The notes under the pieces were generated by a model that made no database searches, was not told the DNA's origin, and worked only from the letters and a program-made list of their open reading frames with translations. A stretch of DNA of 64,000 nucleotides from the human T2T-CHM13v2.0 reference genome, Homo sapiens. The DNA is taken from the NCBI RefSeq assembly GCF_009914755.1, contig NC_060927.1. One strand, 5' to 3'. The position numbers and the translations under genes are program-made. How positions within the stretch are numbered: position 1 is the first letter of the stretch; the number at the start of each line of letters is the position of its first letter. This document shows positions 1 to 15,257 of the stretch, piece after piece.

Positions 1-264
1 TATTGACTCTCTCGACTTTTCTTGACTCATTTTTCTACCTCATCACTTCTGCCTCCTGGAATTATCTAACACACTACATATATTTCGGTCCTAATGCCAG
101 TTTCTGCTTTGGGAGAAAGACAAAAGATGAAAGGATCATTTTTATAACCCTCACCCTTAACATATTTTTAATTCCTCTCTACTATGCACTCTCTATATGT
201 TCATGTGCATAAGCTTGTATTAGTCTTTTACATTATTTTTATTATTGTTTGCATTTCCTTTTTC

Positions 265-385
265 TTACTAGATTGTAAGCTTATTGAGAGGGAAGTTTCT
301 GAATTTTATGCATCATTCATTCTATTTCAAGCCCTTTATCCTAATATATAGCACATAATGAGTTCTCATTAAATATTTGTGCAAT
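265..385 (+). mobile_element. L2 LINE 3' end fragment
   Basis: ctagattgtaagctt...tagcacataatgagttctcattaaatatttgt resembles the L2 3' terminus. Confidence 0.55.
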
Positions 386-1029
386 TTAAACTAGATAAGG
401 GGAGGGGGAGACATGTCTTCAACCAAGTTTTCTGATTTCAAGATCATGTCTCTTTTTACTACATTGTGTTAACCTACCTGGAGGATAGAGGCATCTACAG
501 TCACTTAGAAGGGACATTCAACTACCAGTGCTCAGAAGTATAGCATTCAAACTGTCAAGTCTTCCAGATCATTTTGTCCCTCTTGCTTCATTTTTCTGTG
601 CTTGTGTTTGGGTGTTTTATAGCCAGTGAGAGAGAGTATAGTAAAAAATAATGATAATTACCTTATAGGGTTTTTTACAAATTAAAGATAATAGCATATG
701 TAAAACATGTGGCACACCAAAAACAATAAATGTTTGTTTCCATTTTTATTATTTTGTAGGCATAGTCTATTTTGGCTTAAGAAATATTAGAAACTCTGAA
801 GCAAGTTTTATTTGAGAAGATGTTTGAATACTGCCAAAAGTAGAATCTCAAAATACATGGCCTTCAATTATTCATTCTCTTTCATCTCCTACATTGATTT
901 AGGTATTCATATATTGTCTGCATTGCCAAATACACATTAGGATGACAAATTGAGAGTGACAGGAAGTTATCCTAGAACAGTATGAAGTACTCAACAATGC
1001 TGTCGAATGTGTCCTGGGAATGATATGTG

Positions 1030-1315
1030 TGGTTTAGTGCACCATGTTGGAAAGAACACTGGATGATATTATGGACACTGGAGCTTTTATTCCAACTACT
1101 ATTCTCAGTAAATATCCGTGCAACTTAAACTAGAGAGCCAATGAGAAAAATATGCCTGGAACTGAGTTTTCTGATTTCAAGATCATGGCTCTTTCCACTA
1201 CATTGTGGAAAACAAAACAATGCAAATGAAAACAAACATTCAGTTACTACTATTACCTGAGATTGGACAAGTCAATCATATTTGGGGGACTAGGTTCTTC
1301 ATTTGTACAATAATA
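1030..1315 (+). mobile_element. MIR fragment split by a ~140 bp insertion
   Basis: ggaaagaacactgga at the start, then ttggacaagtca...ttcttcatttgtacaat MIR core after the insert. Confidence 0.5.
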
Positions 1316-3489
1316 GAGTAGATGACAGTTGAGGGGAGGGGCTGCCTACTGCACAAACATTTAAAACTATTGTGATTCATTTAGTGTTTGTCAAATAGAG
1401 TCAGCCATATTGGTCATAAACAGATAATTAATTTTTAAATAAGAATATAATAAGATAACACTATAACTACAATAGATGATTTCTACTCTCCTTGACAATT
1501 CAAAGGTGTTTTAGCTTACAAGGACCACTTTGTCAGAGTTATCCATTTGTGCATATATAATCATTAATCTAAACTAAAATAAGAAGTGATTTTAGGGGAA
1601 AAATGTTCCCAGTAAGAAGATGCTGATTAAATTAGTTTTTAATGCAATTGGGAGGAAATTCCTTAATGTATTTAAGAAAAAAAGTACTTTTTTGTAGACT
1701 ATTCTGCAACTGTTTTGTTTGATTCACATTTTCTAATGAAAAAAATACATTACAAATGAAGTGAATGGACCATAATACATGCCCTATGCCAGTGTGAATG
1801 ATGGATGGGCTCCAAGAAGAAACAACCAATGTCCACGATAGGCTTGTAATAATAGAATAAGTCTTTGGTTTTCTGAGGCCAATGGAAGTGAAAGTGTTTA
1901 ATGATCCCATTTTACAAATCAATAATTTCCACTATCTGTCAGTATTCTTTTGTTTTCTTTTCATTCTATTATTCTATTCAATTTGGTTTTCTAGTTTTAT
2001 AATTAGAAGTCCTTGAATATGAGTAGAGGGGAAAGAAAAAATACTAAAAGGGAATAATTTTGTAAAGAAAATAATTGCTTTTCAGAAAATTTAGGAAATT
2101 ATCACTCTGCAGTAAGCAAGGAATGTATTTTGATTGAGTGATGGCAGATCTGTCTGAATGTAGTGAAAGATATTTATTTCTTGTTAAATGCAGCTCTTCA
2201 TAACTTTAACTGTAGCTTTTTATGACCTTCAGTCAACAAAATTTTGTTTTGGTGTGCTGAGTGGTGTGCTGAGTGAGCTAATTATAGGTACTAGACAAGC
2301 CAGGGAGCTCTGATGAGGTAGCCTTGGTTTGGGGAAGGAGACTTGGTTGAAGGACTTGCCCTGAAATTGTGTGACCATGAAGCCAAACGCAGTATCCAGA
2401 GAGACATAGTTGTGTTGGACTTTGGGAGGTGTCCAATGAAGACCTATCCTGAGAAAAAGAAGGCCAGGATATTTTCAAACAGAATTCATATTTGAAGTTA
2501 TTAGGTAATAATGCCATAGTTTTGCAGAAGAGCCCTATCCTGCACTAAAGTGGAAAAGAAGAATGCATCTCTATGGTCTATGCTGGTCGTTAAACCATTT
2601 TCTTTTAGCTATAAACACCCTTCTCTACACCATGATGCAAAGGCTAAGATTTTGCTAACCACTTTTCTCCATTTGATTAGGTTTATGTCAGATTCTGCCA
2701 ATAGGGGTGCTAGAGGAAGATCAAAAGTCTGGTGGAATTAAAAGGATAACAGCAAGCGTTACCAGTAGAAACACTAGATGCTTTGGCTTTACATAGATGC
2801 TACCATGAAGATACTTCCTATTTTCTTTTTCACTTGGGTGTAAAAACTATGCTGTTCATACTCTGTACAAATGGAAAAGATGTATATTGCTCACTTTTAA
2901 TTAAAAAACATTCCAGCCTATTTCTTACTCCTACTCCTCATCATACCTCCTCTCATGCTGCATCCAGAGACTATCTTGGTCCCAGATGAACACATCCTAG
3001 GCTTCTTTTGCAGCCTCCTCATAGTTGTGCTCTTCCATGGGTCAGTATTCATACATTCCATTCTCTCTCTAAAGTCCAGAGATTTCTTGAATGGTCTCAT
3101 CTATTGATTCCAGTTCTCTTTACCATTATGGGTTTATGCCTTTTAGGAATTCTAAACTTTTATTTTGTTTGAATCCGGCTGTGGGAAAGAGGTAAATATT
3201 ATGTACTCTATCCTCCGTCTTAAACCCTAAGTTTTAATTTTCTTTAAATAAATTCTTACAAATTATAATTGCCATTAATTTTTGCTCCCATGTCTTATTT
3301 ATTCAAGAAAAGGAGTTTGATGATGTCTCCTTTCATTTTTCAATATTGTCACATTGTTTACAGATACATAAATTATTGCCATTTAGTCAGAAATTACAGA
3401 TAAGATTTATACTCTGTGCAAGAGAAATATGTAAAGATAATGCATAAAACAAGCTGTGACTTCTTATGTGTCTTCATGTCTGGGATTTA

Positions 3490-3625
3490 TTTCTTATTTG
3501 CTATTTGACCTTAGCAAATCACTTAACCTGACTGAGCTTCTGATTTCCTCATCTGTAAAATGATGATAATGATACTTATCTAATAGATTCATTATAAAAA
3601 TTCAAGTAGATAGTATATACACTGC
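3490..3625 (+). mobile_element. MIR
   Basis: tgaccttagcaaatcacttaacct...tttcctcatctgtaaaatg core. Confidence 0.8.
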
Positions 3626-3963
3626 AGCACATAAATTATCAGGAAACTGTGGAAATTCTAAAAGAAAATATATTAATTAAGGTTATACAGATGATTTTTC
3701 TGGTACAATTGTGGATATAAGGTGATAAATGTGGCCCTAACTATTGAAGACAATAAAGACCTGGAAAAGCTAAATGCTCTTAAATGCACTCTTTTTTTTT
3801 CTTATACAACAGACATTACCTGAAGAAATTACCTGAGAAGCATAGAAAGTCTTCATATTCATTGAGATTATTTTGGAAGAGAAGTTCTGTTTTTTTTTTT
3901 TTTAACTACAGAGGAAGTTTAAAGGAGGGAAGAGCCAGCCACATAAATATAACTGCATAAGCA

Positions 3964-4501
3964 CTGATGGCAGAATGATTCCCTAAAGATGTTCATGCCC
4001 CCATATCTGGAACCTGCAAATATATTATATTACATAGCAAAGAAGTCTTTGCAGATGACATAAAAGTTATGGATCTTAAAATAGGGAGATTATACTAGAT
4101 TATTCTGGATAACCTAATCACATGGAGTCTTTAAAAATGGAGACTTTTCTCCTGGCTAAACCCAGAGAGATTCAGGGGAAAAGAAAGGCAGAGAGATTTA
4201 AAGCACAGGAAAGATTCCACATGCCATTGCTGGTTTTAAAATGGAGGTGGCCAAGGACTTCAGTCCTACAACCACAAAGAACTGAATTCTGTCAACAATT
4301 TGAATAAGCTTGGAAGTGGATATTTTCCCACAGCCTCCAGAAAGCAACACACAGCCCTCTCAACACCTTGGTTTTGCCCTGGAGACACTAGGCTGAGCCT
4401 GCCTGGACTTCTGACCCACAGAACTACAAGCTAATAATGAGATTTTTTTAAAGCTCATTAGTTTCTCATAATTTGTTACACAGAAATAGAAAACCAGTAC
4501 A
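3964..4501 (+). mobile_element. MaLR LTR, MLT1D-like
   Basis: cctaaagatgttcatg...ctttgcagatg...gaactgaattctgtcaacaa...aatttgttacacagaaatagaaaaccagtaca. Confidence 0.8.
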
Positions 4502-4899
4502 ATAAAACTGTGAGCAGAATGTGTACAGCAGGCTCTGGATCTACAAAGGAGATCATTTTAGTCTGGGTAGAACAGTGGGTAGAAGGGACAATTTCAAATG
4601 ACAAGACATATATAGGAGAAGACTTTTATTATTATTTTGTTAACAATGGGAAACTATTGAAGAATTTTAAAAAGAGAAGGAATGAGATCAGAACTTAGTG
4701 AAAGAAAACTATGCTGTGAATGAGTCAGATAGCTATGCAATTTTTTAGAAAATAATTTTGGATCATTGCATGGGCATGGAGATGTGAGATTTAAGGAAGT
4801 AAGGAGTGGTGAAAGAAAGAAGAGCTGAAATGTTTCTAACTAGTCTCAGTAGATGATAAAGTGGATAAGTAGGACAGAAAATGCAGAGATGCATTTTTA

Positions 4900-5110
4900 T
4901 TACTAAGAGCATAGTCTGTGTGGTAAACTGTACCGAGATATCAGCTCACTCCGTGCCCCAGTGGTCTTATCTGAAAATGAGTATTGTAATGCCTAATTCT
5001 TAAGGCTGTAACAAGGATTAAATTAGATGATAAATATGCATTTTTAAAGATTATTGTATAATTAGATGAGGTGACTCGTGCAAATCTTGTATCAATGTGC
5101 TGGGGAGCAC
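4900..5110 (+). mobile_element. MIR
   Basis: taagagcatagtct...atctgaaaatgagtatt...aggattaaattagatgat. Confidence 0.6.
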
Positions 5111-7173
5111 TAAATTAAGATAGGATATAATCATCTTTATTTCAACAATTTCTCCAGCTAATTAGAGGCAAAAAGCATAGCTAGAACTAGCTCTCCCGAC
5201 ATGTGATCACAGCTGTTTCCCCACATAGGATTTCCTGCCTCCAGAAGAGGATGGATTAACTATCTTTTCTCAAAATAGATAACTTTTCTTAAAATAGATT
5301 CTCCATTTACAAGAGTTATCTCAGTCTGGAAGCTATTTTTCTTCCTGAAAATCTTAGGGTGCTAGCTAAAAAAAGGGATGACAAATTGTTTTTCAGAGAG
5401 GAATAACTCAGTAATACTAGCCATTAACTGACTTCTTTGAACTTCTCATTTTCTCCATCCATTGGCAAATTTGCATCATGTCCCATAACATTAATTACAA
5501 TATATTTGCCAAATGTCTTTTGCTAATGAACTGTTTTCCAAGCTCAAATGGTGGAGTTGTTGCCACTTGAGAACTTAGACCTAGAATTGCAGCTGGAGTG
5601 TACTGAGAGGGAGGAGATTCACAAAGACACATAGCTCTGACTGCTGGGAATAGTAAAAGTGCTATTTTCCAAAAGGAAAAATATTTGCAGTGTGAACCTC
5701 AAGATATATATTAAAAATACTTCCAACTCATTGCTGAACTATTTTAAACAATTAAATTCTTTTCAAGATGTTAGTCATGGATTTCATTTCTTAAAATACA
5801 AATGTGGAAAGGGAATAACACTGCTTATTTTAAGATACTGAGATAATGCAGGGATGACTGGCACATTAATCTCTTGGTTATTGGTGCTTTAAAAAATGCG
5901 AGAAGGGTGCTCAGAGTTTTATAAATGTAAACTTTCTTAACTAGCTTTAAAAGAGTTCCCAGGGATACAATATTTTCCAACATAAGAAATTCAATTTTGG
6001 TCCAATTTGCTTGTCTATGTTTATTGTTTTTATTTATTCATAACTTGACTTGTTCAAAAAATAATTCAAGATGTTTTATAAAGATATATATCTTTAAGCA
6101 GAATAAAAAACATGGAGAAAAACGTGAAAAAGGTGTAATAAAGGGGAAAATGTAGAAAGTAAGGCAGAACCAGCTAATAGCAACTACTTCAAAGCTTATA
6201 TACTTGTTGAAGATGTCACACACTTGAATTTAAACCTTGCTCAGGGAAAGCACAGATATTTCCTTGTTTTGAGACCATAAATAAGTGTTCTTCTCTGGTT
6301 TACCATGAAAAGAACACTGTGTGGAATCAACGCCCATCCTCAACAATATCCACGTGTAAAACCTGACTGTAATTTGCAAAGCACTGTTGTTTTGATTTTC
6401 CTAAATATGGATAGTTGGCATGGCATCGATTCACATTTTGAAAAACACAATTTCTTCAATAGTTTGATGTAATACTGTCTATGTTACCTAGGGATATATT
6501 GCAGAACAATTGGAAGAATGGATTGGTATGCTTCTATTAGCCTCATCCTCCCTAAAATCTCTTCCCAGATAAGCTTTTTAAAGGTCTTGCACAGTGGGGA
6601 GTTCAATATTATGCTCACAGAGAGGTTCCTAAAATGTAGGTCCTCTGTGCCTGCTTCAAATTATATGAGCTAGGGAAAGGATTGACCTGCTTTTAAGAGA
6701 CAAAGTAATGTGTGTTACAATTGTATTATTAAATTTACTGTAGAGAGTTGCTTTTAGTGATTTATAATTCAATTTACTTATCTAAAAATATTTATTAAAT
6801 CTCTATTAGCTCCAGGACAGTTTTTCTGGAGGTCACAGTGATTATAAAACAACCACAGTTTAAGATCTCAAAAATTTTAGTCTTGGAAGAAAAACATACA
6901 CAGGATACATTGCACAAGGACAAACTTGATGAGTGTCGAAAATGAAGATGGATTTGTCAAAGACAAGCTGAATGTAAATGCATGGATTTATATGTGCTCT
7001 CTCTTCTGTTCCATTGGTGAATACGACTATTTTTTATGCCAACACCATGCTGATTTGGTTACTATAGCTTTGTAGCAATTCTTGAAGTCAGGTAAAGTGA
7101 TGCCTCCAGATTTGTTCTTTTTGCTCAGGACTGCTTTGCTTACTCAGGGTCTTTTTCATTCCATATATAGTTT

Positions 7174-7813
7174 TTTTAAAAAAATTATTATTATACTTTA
7201 AGTTCTAGGGTACGTGTGCACAACGTGAAGGTTTGTTACATATGTATACACGTGCCACGTTGGTGTGCTGCACCCATTAACTGGTCATTTACATTAGGTA
7301 TATCTCGTAATGCTATCCCTCCTCCCTTCCCCCACTCCACAACAGGCCCTGGTGTGTGATGTTCCCCACCCTGTGTCCAAGTGTTCTCATTGTTCACTTC
7401 CCACCTATGAGTGAGAACATGCCGTGTTTGGTTTTCTGTCCTTGCAATAGTTTGCTCAGAATGATGGTTTCCAGCTTCATCCATGTCCCTACAAAGGACA
7501 TGAACTCATCCTTTTTTATGGCTGCATAGTATTCCATGGTGTATATGTACCATATTTTCTTAATCCAGTCTATAATTGATGGACATTTGGGTTGGTTCCA
7601 AGTCTTTGCTATTGTGAATAGTGCCAAAATAAACATACGTGTGCATGTGTCTTTATAGCGGCATGATTTATAATCGTTTGGGTATATGCACAGTAATGGG
7701 ATGGCTGGGTCAAATGGCATTTCTAGTTCTAGATCCTTGAGGAATCACCACACTGTCTTCCACAATGATTGAACTAGTTTACAGTCCCACCAACAGTGTA
7801 AAAGCATTCCTAT
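7174..7813 (-). mobile_element. 5'-truncated L1PA (L1PA5/6-like) 3' end
   Basis: L1 3' UTR plus ORF2 C-terminus (ORF 7394-7720); candidate TSD tatagttt at 7166-7173 and 7814-7821. Confidence 0.9.
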
Positions 7814-8607
7814 TATAGTTTGGGATTTTTTCTATTTCTGTAAAGAATGTCATTAGTTTTTTGATAGGGGTTGCATTGAATCTGTAAATTGCTTCAGGTA
7901 GCTTTGCCATTTTAACCATATTAATTCTTCTAATTCTTCCAATCCATGAACAAAAAATATCTTTCCATTTTCTTGTTGTCCACTTTAGTTTCTTTTGTCA
8001 GTGTTTTATAATCCCCCATGTATAGATCTTTCACTTATTTGGTTAATTGAATCATCAGTATTTCATATTTTTTGTAGCTATTACAAATTAGATTGCTTTC
8101 TTGATATATTTTGCCAATTGTTCATTGTTAGCATATATAAATATTACAAGTTTTTGTATGTTAGTTTTGTATTCTGCAACTTTACTGAATTCATTTATTA
8201 GTTTTAACAGTTGTTTGGTGGGGTCTAAATATAAAGTATAAAATCATGTCCACTATCACCAAGGCTAATTTGACTTCATCCTTTCTAATTTGGAAACCCT
8301 TTATTTCTTTCTCTTGCCTAATTGTTCTGGCCAGGGTTTCCAGTGTTATATTGAATAAAAGTGGTAAAAGTGGAAATCGTTGTCTTTTTCCAGGTTTGAG
8401 AGGAACACACTTCAATTTCCCCCATTCAGTAGATTCTTAGCTGTGAATTTGTCATATATTACCTTCGCAGTTTTGGGGTTATGTTTTTTCTATACCCAGT
8501 TTGATAAGGATTTTTTTTTCATTAAGGGATGTCAAATTTTATTGAATTCTCTTTCAGCATCTATTGAAATAATGACATGGTTTTTGTACTTGGTTCTGGT
8601 TTTTCTT

Positions 8608-10311
8608 TTTTGTTTTTTTTATTATACTTTTTTTCTGGGATACATATGCAGAACGTGCAGGTTTATTACATAGCTATACACGTGCCATGGTGGTTTGCTG
8701 CACCCACCAACCCTGCATCTACATTAGGTATTTCTCCTAATGCTATCTCTGTCCTTGCCCCCTACCCCCTGACATGCCCCAATGTGTGATGTTCTCCCTA
8801 TGTCCATGTGTTCTAATTGTTCAACTCCCACTTATGAGTGAGAACATGTAGTGTTTGGTTTTTTGTTCCTGTGTTATTTTGCTGAGAATAATGGTTTCCA
8901 GCTTCATCCATGTCCCCACACAGGACATGAACTCATTCTTTTTTATGGCTGCATAGTATTCCATGGTTGTATATGTGCCACATTTTCTTTATCCAGTCTA
9001 TCATTGATGGGCATTTGGGTTAGTTCCAAGTCTTTTCTATTGTGAATAGTGCTACAATAAATATACGTGTGCATGTGTCTTTATAGTAGGATGATTTATA
9101 ATCTTTTGGGTATATACCCAGTAATGGGATTGCTGGGTCAAATGGTATTTGCAGTTCTAGCTCCTTGAGGAATTGCCACACTGTCTTCCACAATGGTTGA
9201 ACTAATTCACACTCCTGCCAACAGTGTAAAAGCATTCCTATTTCTCCACAACCTCTCCAGCACCTGTTGTTACCTGACTTTTTAATGATAACTATTCTTA
9301 CTGGTGTGAGATGGTATCTCATTGTGGTTTTGATTTGCATTTCTCTAATGACTAGCGATGATGAGCTTCTTTTCACACATTTGTTGGATGCATAAATGTC
9401 TTCTTTTGAGAAGTGTCTGTTCATATCCTTCACTCACTTTTTGATGGGGTTGTTTTTTTCTTGTAAATTTGTTTACGTTCCTTGTAGATTCTAGGTATTA
9501 GCCCTTTGTCAGATGGATAGATTGCAACAATTTTCTCCCATTCTATAGGTTGCCTGTTCACTCTGATGATAGTTTCTTTGCTGTGCAGAAGCTCTTTAGT
9601 TTAATTAGATCCTGTTTGTCAATTTTGGCTTTTGTTGCCATTGCTTTTGGTGTTTTAGTCATGAAGACTTTGCCCATGCCTATGTCCTGAATGGTATTGC
9701 CTAGGTTTTCTTCTAGGGTTTTTATGGTTTTATGTTTTATGTTTAAGTCTTTAGATCATCTTGAGTTAATTTTTGTATAAGGTGTAAGGAAGAGGTCCAG
9801 TTTCAGTTTTCTGCATATGGCCAGCCAGTTTTTCCAACACCACTTATTAAATAGGGAATCCTTTCCCCATTGTTTGTTTTCATTAGGTTTGTCAAAGATC
9901 AGATGGTTGTAGATGTGTGGCATTATTTCTGAGGCATCTGTTCTGTTCCATTGGTCTATTATCTGTTTTGGTACCAGTACCATGCTGCTTTGGTTACTGT
10001 AGCCTTGTAGTGTAGTTCAAAGTCAGGTAGCATGATGCCTTTAGCTTTGTTCTTTTTGCTTAGAATTGTCTTGGCTATATGGGCTCTTTTTTGGTTCCAT
10101 ATGAAATTTAAACTAGTTTTTTTCTAATTCTGTGGAGAAAGTTGATGGTAGCTTGATGAGGATAGCATTGAATCTATAAATTACTTTGGGCAGTGTGGCC
10201 ATTTTCACGATATCGATTCTTCCTATCCATGAGCATGGAATGTTTTTCCATTTGTTTCTGTCCTCTCTTATTTCCTTGAACAGTGGATAGTAGTTCTCAT
10301 TGAAGAGGTCC
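8608..10311 (-). mobile_element. 5'-truncated L1PA (L1PA7/8-like)
   Basis: 3' UTR ctgggatacatatgcagaacgtgcagg; ORF2 pieces at 9020-9433 and 9756-9983; candidate TSD tttttctt at 8600-8607 and 10312-10319. Confidence 0.9.
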
Positions 10312-10319
10312 TTTTTCTT

Positions 10320-10972
10320 AAATATTTATCATAAGCTGTTTTACTTTTATTTCCATTTATAGATTTAGGGGCTACAAGTGCAGTTTTGTCATGTGGGTAT
10401 ATTGTGTAGTGGTGAAGTTGGGGCTTTTGGTATACCCATCACTCAAATAGTGAACACTGTATCCAATAGGTAATTCTTCAACGCTCAGCTCCCTTCCCCC
10501 CGACACTCCCACCATTTGGAGTCTACAATGTCTATCATTTTAATCTGTATGTCCATGTGTACCATTGTTTAGCTCCCCTTTCAAGTGAGAACATGCTTTA
10601 TTTGACTTTCTGTTTCTGAGTTATTTCACTTACGATAATTGCTTCCAGTTTCATCCATGTTGCTGCAAAAAAAACATGATTTCATTCTTTTTCATTTTTT
10701 CTAATAACTGAGTAGTATTCCATGGTGTGTGTGTGTATACCTGCATTTTCTTTATCAAATTCTCCACTGATGAGCACTTAGGTTTATTCCATGACTTTGC
10801 TGTTATGAATACTGTTGCAATAACATATGAACACAGACATCTTTCTTATATAATTATTTGTTTTCCTTTGGTTATATATCCAGTAGTGGGGTTGCTGAAC
10901 CAAATGGTAGTTCCATTTTCAGTTCTTTAAGAAATCTCCTTACTTATTTCCAAAGAGGTTGTACATTCTCAC
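10320..10972 (-). mobile_element. L1PB-like 3' end
   Basis: tttaggggctacaagtgcagttttg...agtgagaacatg...gtagtattccatggtg; bracketed by ttctg at 8594-8598 and 10973-10977 in the host L1. Confidence 0.75.
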
Positions 10973-12086
10973 TTCTGTTAATGTGATACATCATTGAACC
11001 AGTTATGCATCTCTAAGATGAATCCCACTTGATCATGGTAAATGATCTTTTTAGCATGTTGTTGAATTCAGTTAGCTAGTATTTTGTTGAGACTCTTTCC
11101 ATTTATGTTTATCAGATACTGGCCTGTAGTTTCCTTCCTTCATTGTATCCTTGTCTGGTTTTAGTAACAGGGTAATGCTGGCCTTGCAGAATGTGTTTGA
11201 AAGTATTCTCTCTTCTTCAATTTTGTTGAGGAATTTGAGTAGAGTTGGTATTAGTTCTTCTTTAAATGTTTGGAAGAATTCAGCCATGAAGCCACCAGGC
11301 CCTAGGTCTTTCTTTGATAATGGACTTTTTATCATAGCTTAGATCTCATTACCCCTTATTGATGCATTGAGGTTTTCTATTTCTTCATGGTTCAATCTTG
11401 GTAGATTGTATGTGTCCAGAAATTTAACCACTTCTTACTAGAGTTTTCAATTTGCTGACATACAGTTGTGCAATGAGGAAAGGACAGTCTCTTCAATAAA
11501 TGGTGCTGGAAAAACTGGATAACTAAATGCAGAAGAATGAAACTACACTGTGATATTTCACCATACCAAAAAACATCAAAATGAATTGAAGACTTAATTC
11601 ATTAAGTTCAGGCCTCAAAAGTACAGATAACAAAACCAAAAATAGACAAATGGAATTACACCAAATTTAAAAGCTTCTGCACAGCAAAGGAAACAATCAA
11701 CAAAGTGAAGAGATAACCCACAGAATGGGAGAAAACATTTGCACACTACCCATTTGACAAGGGATTAAATATATAAAGAGCTCAAATAATTCAACAGGGA
11801 AACATCATGTAATCCAATATAAACAGGGGTAAAATATCTAAGTAGACATTTCTCAAAAGAAGACATAAAACAACCAATAGGTATATGAAAAAGTGTTCAA
11901 TATCACTAATCATCAGAGAAATGCAAATGAACACTACAATGATATATTAACTCACCCCAGTTAAAATGGCTTTTGTCAAAAAGATTGGTAATAGTGGATG
12001 CTGGGGAAAATGAGGAGAAAAGGGAACACTCGCACACTGTTGGTGGGAATATAAATTAGTATAGCCATTATGGAGAACAGTATGGA

Positions 12087-12382
<296 letters not shown>

Positions 12383-12814
12383 TAGAACAGTATGGAGATT
12401 CCTTTAAGAAACTAAAAGTACAACTACTATATGATCCAATTCTACTACAGGGTATATATTCAAAAGAAAGAAAATGAATATATCAAAAAGACATCTGGAC
12501 TTCCATATTTATTGCAGCACTATTCACAATAGCTACAATATGAAATCAACCTAAGTGCCAATCAGTAGATTAATCGATAAATTAAATGTGTCATATATAA
12601 TGTATACAATGAAATATTATTTGGCCATAAAAATAATGAAATCCTGTTATTTGCAGCAACATAAATGGAACTGGAGGTCATTATGTTAAATGAAATCAGC
12701 CTAGCACAGAAAGGCAAATATTACATGTTCTCACTCGCATGTGAGAGCTAAAAAACATGGAACACATGAAGACAGAGAGTAGATTAGTTGTCAGGAGCTG
12801 AAAAGAATAGGGGC

Positions 12815-13205
<391 letters not shown>

Positions 13206-13514
13206 CTAGTGTTAGATAGATTAGTGGGGTGACTGTAGTTTACAATAGTGTATTGTATATTTCAAAATAGCTAAAAAGAGAGGAATTTTAATGATTCTAG
13301 CACAAAGACAAATATTTAAGGTGATGAACATCCCAAGTACACTGATTTGCTATTTACAAATTATATGAGTGTATTAAAGTATCACGTGTGCCTTAAAACT
13401 ATGTACATCTATTATGCATCAATGTTTAAAAAATAACTATGTTAATGAAGAATGAATAAGTTGCTTTGTAAGTTCAAAGGAGCATTTAAAAATCCAAGGC
13501 ATATGTAGGCCGGA

Positions 13515-13825
13515 GGCCGGGTGCGGTGGCTCATGTCTGTAATCCCAGCACTTTGGGAGGCTGAGGCGGGCGGATCACCTGAGGTCGGGAGTTCAAGACC
13601 AGCCTGACCAACATGGAGAAACCCCGTCTGTACTAAAAATACAAAATTAGCCAGGCCTGTTGGTGCATGCCTGTAATCCCAGCTACTTGGGAGGCTGAGG
13701 CAGGAGAATCGATTGAACCTGGGAGGCAGACAGGGGTTATGGCAAGCAGAGATTTTGCCATTGCACTCCAGCCTGGGCAACAAGAGTAAAACTCTATCTC
13801 AAATAAATAAATAAATAAATAAAAT
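13515..13825 (+). mobile_element. AluSp
   Basis: gtcgggagttc and ctgaccaacatggagaaacc diagnostics; (aaat)n tail. Confidence 0.9.
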
Positions 13826-15257
13826 TTTTAAAAAGACATATATATATTTAGGGGCCAGAGAAAGATAATCTATAGAAGAAGACAGACTAAAAGCAGAAAA
13901 AGAATAATAAAAACCAAAAGAGATTTTGATGATCTAGATTATAGGGCAATGGAAACCTTTGAGGAATAGGCTGAGTCATCTGTGTCATAAAGCTCTAAAG
14001 AAGTAGAGAAGAGTAAAATGTAAGGAACCTCCATTGACTGTGATAAGAGACTTACTAGATGTCTAGTAATGTAATAACTAACAAGAGAAGAATATTTGCC
14101 GTTTTGAAATCATGCTTTTTTATTACTTAAAAAGTTAGTTTTATCAAAGGCATTTAGTAAAATTCCATTTGTTGGAAGTATATTTGGAGTTCCTAAAGTG
14201 TGAACTCCAACTAGCTGCTAAAATAGAGCCAGAAAATTATTTCAGCTTTAATTTGGAATTATCTGCAGTGCTATAGGGCATCACATAAACATTGTCCTTC
14301 CTTGCTGACTTCTGATGCTCCCTTTGTAAATCAGGGCTTCCCAATTTATGTACTCAGCACACAGGGATTCTGTAAATGGGATTCAGGTATGTCATGAGAC
14401 AAGAATACCCCATCAAATCTCTATACCCATATTGAAGTTGGTTCCAGAATAAAGAAAACATGATTCATAATAACCAGCTATTGCTACAGTGCTGCAACAC
14501 TGGGTGCATGGCCAAGGAGAAGCGCTATCATTCTACCTCTATTTCAGTAGCTGGCAGCATAGTGCTACAACCCATATAGACATAAGTATCATGAAACTGC
14601 TTGGGTTAGTTCATGGTTCTCATGTCCAAGCTTCCTGGTTCTCAGCCAGGAAGGAATGGGTATACTAACCTTCAACTATGAAAATAAGTTGACCTAATGT
14701 CTCCAAAATTCCTTTGAACATTCTTTAGAGTAATATGCCATAATTTCATTTTCCTTGCATTGAATTCTAGAGCAGAAAATTTAAATGTTTACTATTTTAA
14801 GATGTTCTGTCAATGTGATGTAAGTTCTCTGCGTGGGCACACAATCTTTCTCTCTCTACGTATCCTTATGTACTATGTGGATATGTGTTCTACATATATA
14901 TGCATTCTGTTGAAAATATATTCTATATTCTTTCTGTATGTGTATATTCTAAACATATAATTATCCAATATAAAATATTAGAATCTAAATACATACATTA
15001 TTCCTATATATTCTGTAAAATATGTAATATAGAGAGTATTTAAAGATAAATAGAAAAAAATCATGGAAATACATTAGAAAAAGTAGTAAACAAAGTTATT
15101 CATTCTACCTTTGAACAATTCAGTGGCACAAAACTTATTATGAGTTCATAGTCCAAGCAGGTAATGTTTTTAATACCTCAAAGTTATCTGATGTATATAG
15201 ATGTAATGAAAAGAGGATGATACTGGGAAGTACAACTGATTTTCCATGAAATCTTCT

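Larger units (their letters stand above)
6953..11470 (-). mobile_element. Inverted 5' segment of an old L1 (L1MA-like ORF2); pieces at 6953-7173, 7814-8598 and 10973-11470
   Basis: Antisense ORF2 sequence. ORF 8191-8415 ([27 protein letters not shown]) and ORF 11072-11335 (PGGFMAEFFQTFKEEL) are ORF2 RT remnants. The pieces are collinear across the nested insertions. Confidence 0.85.

Noticed and set aside
2251-2274. 12-bp tandem duplication, and similar micro-duplications at ~34933, ~41660 and ~60878
   Set aside because: Ordinary slippage products expected in a window of this size.
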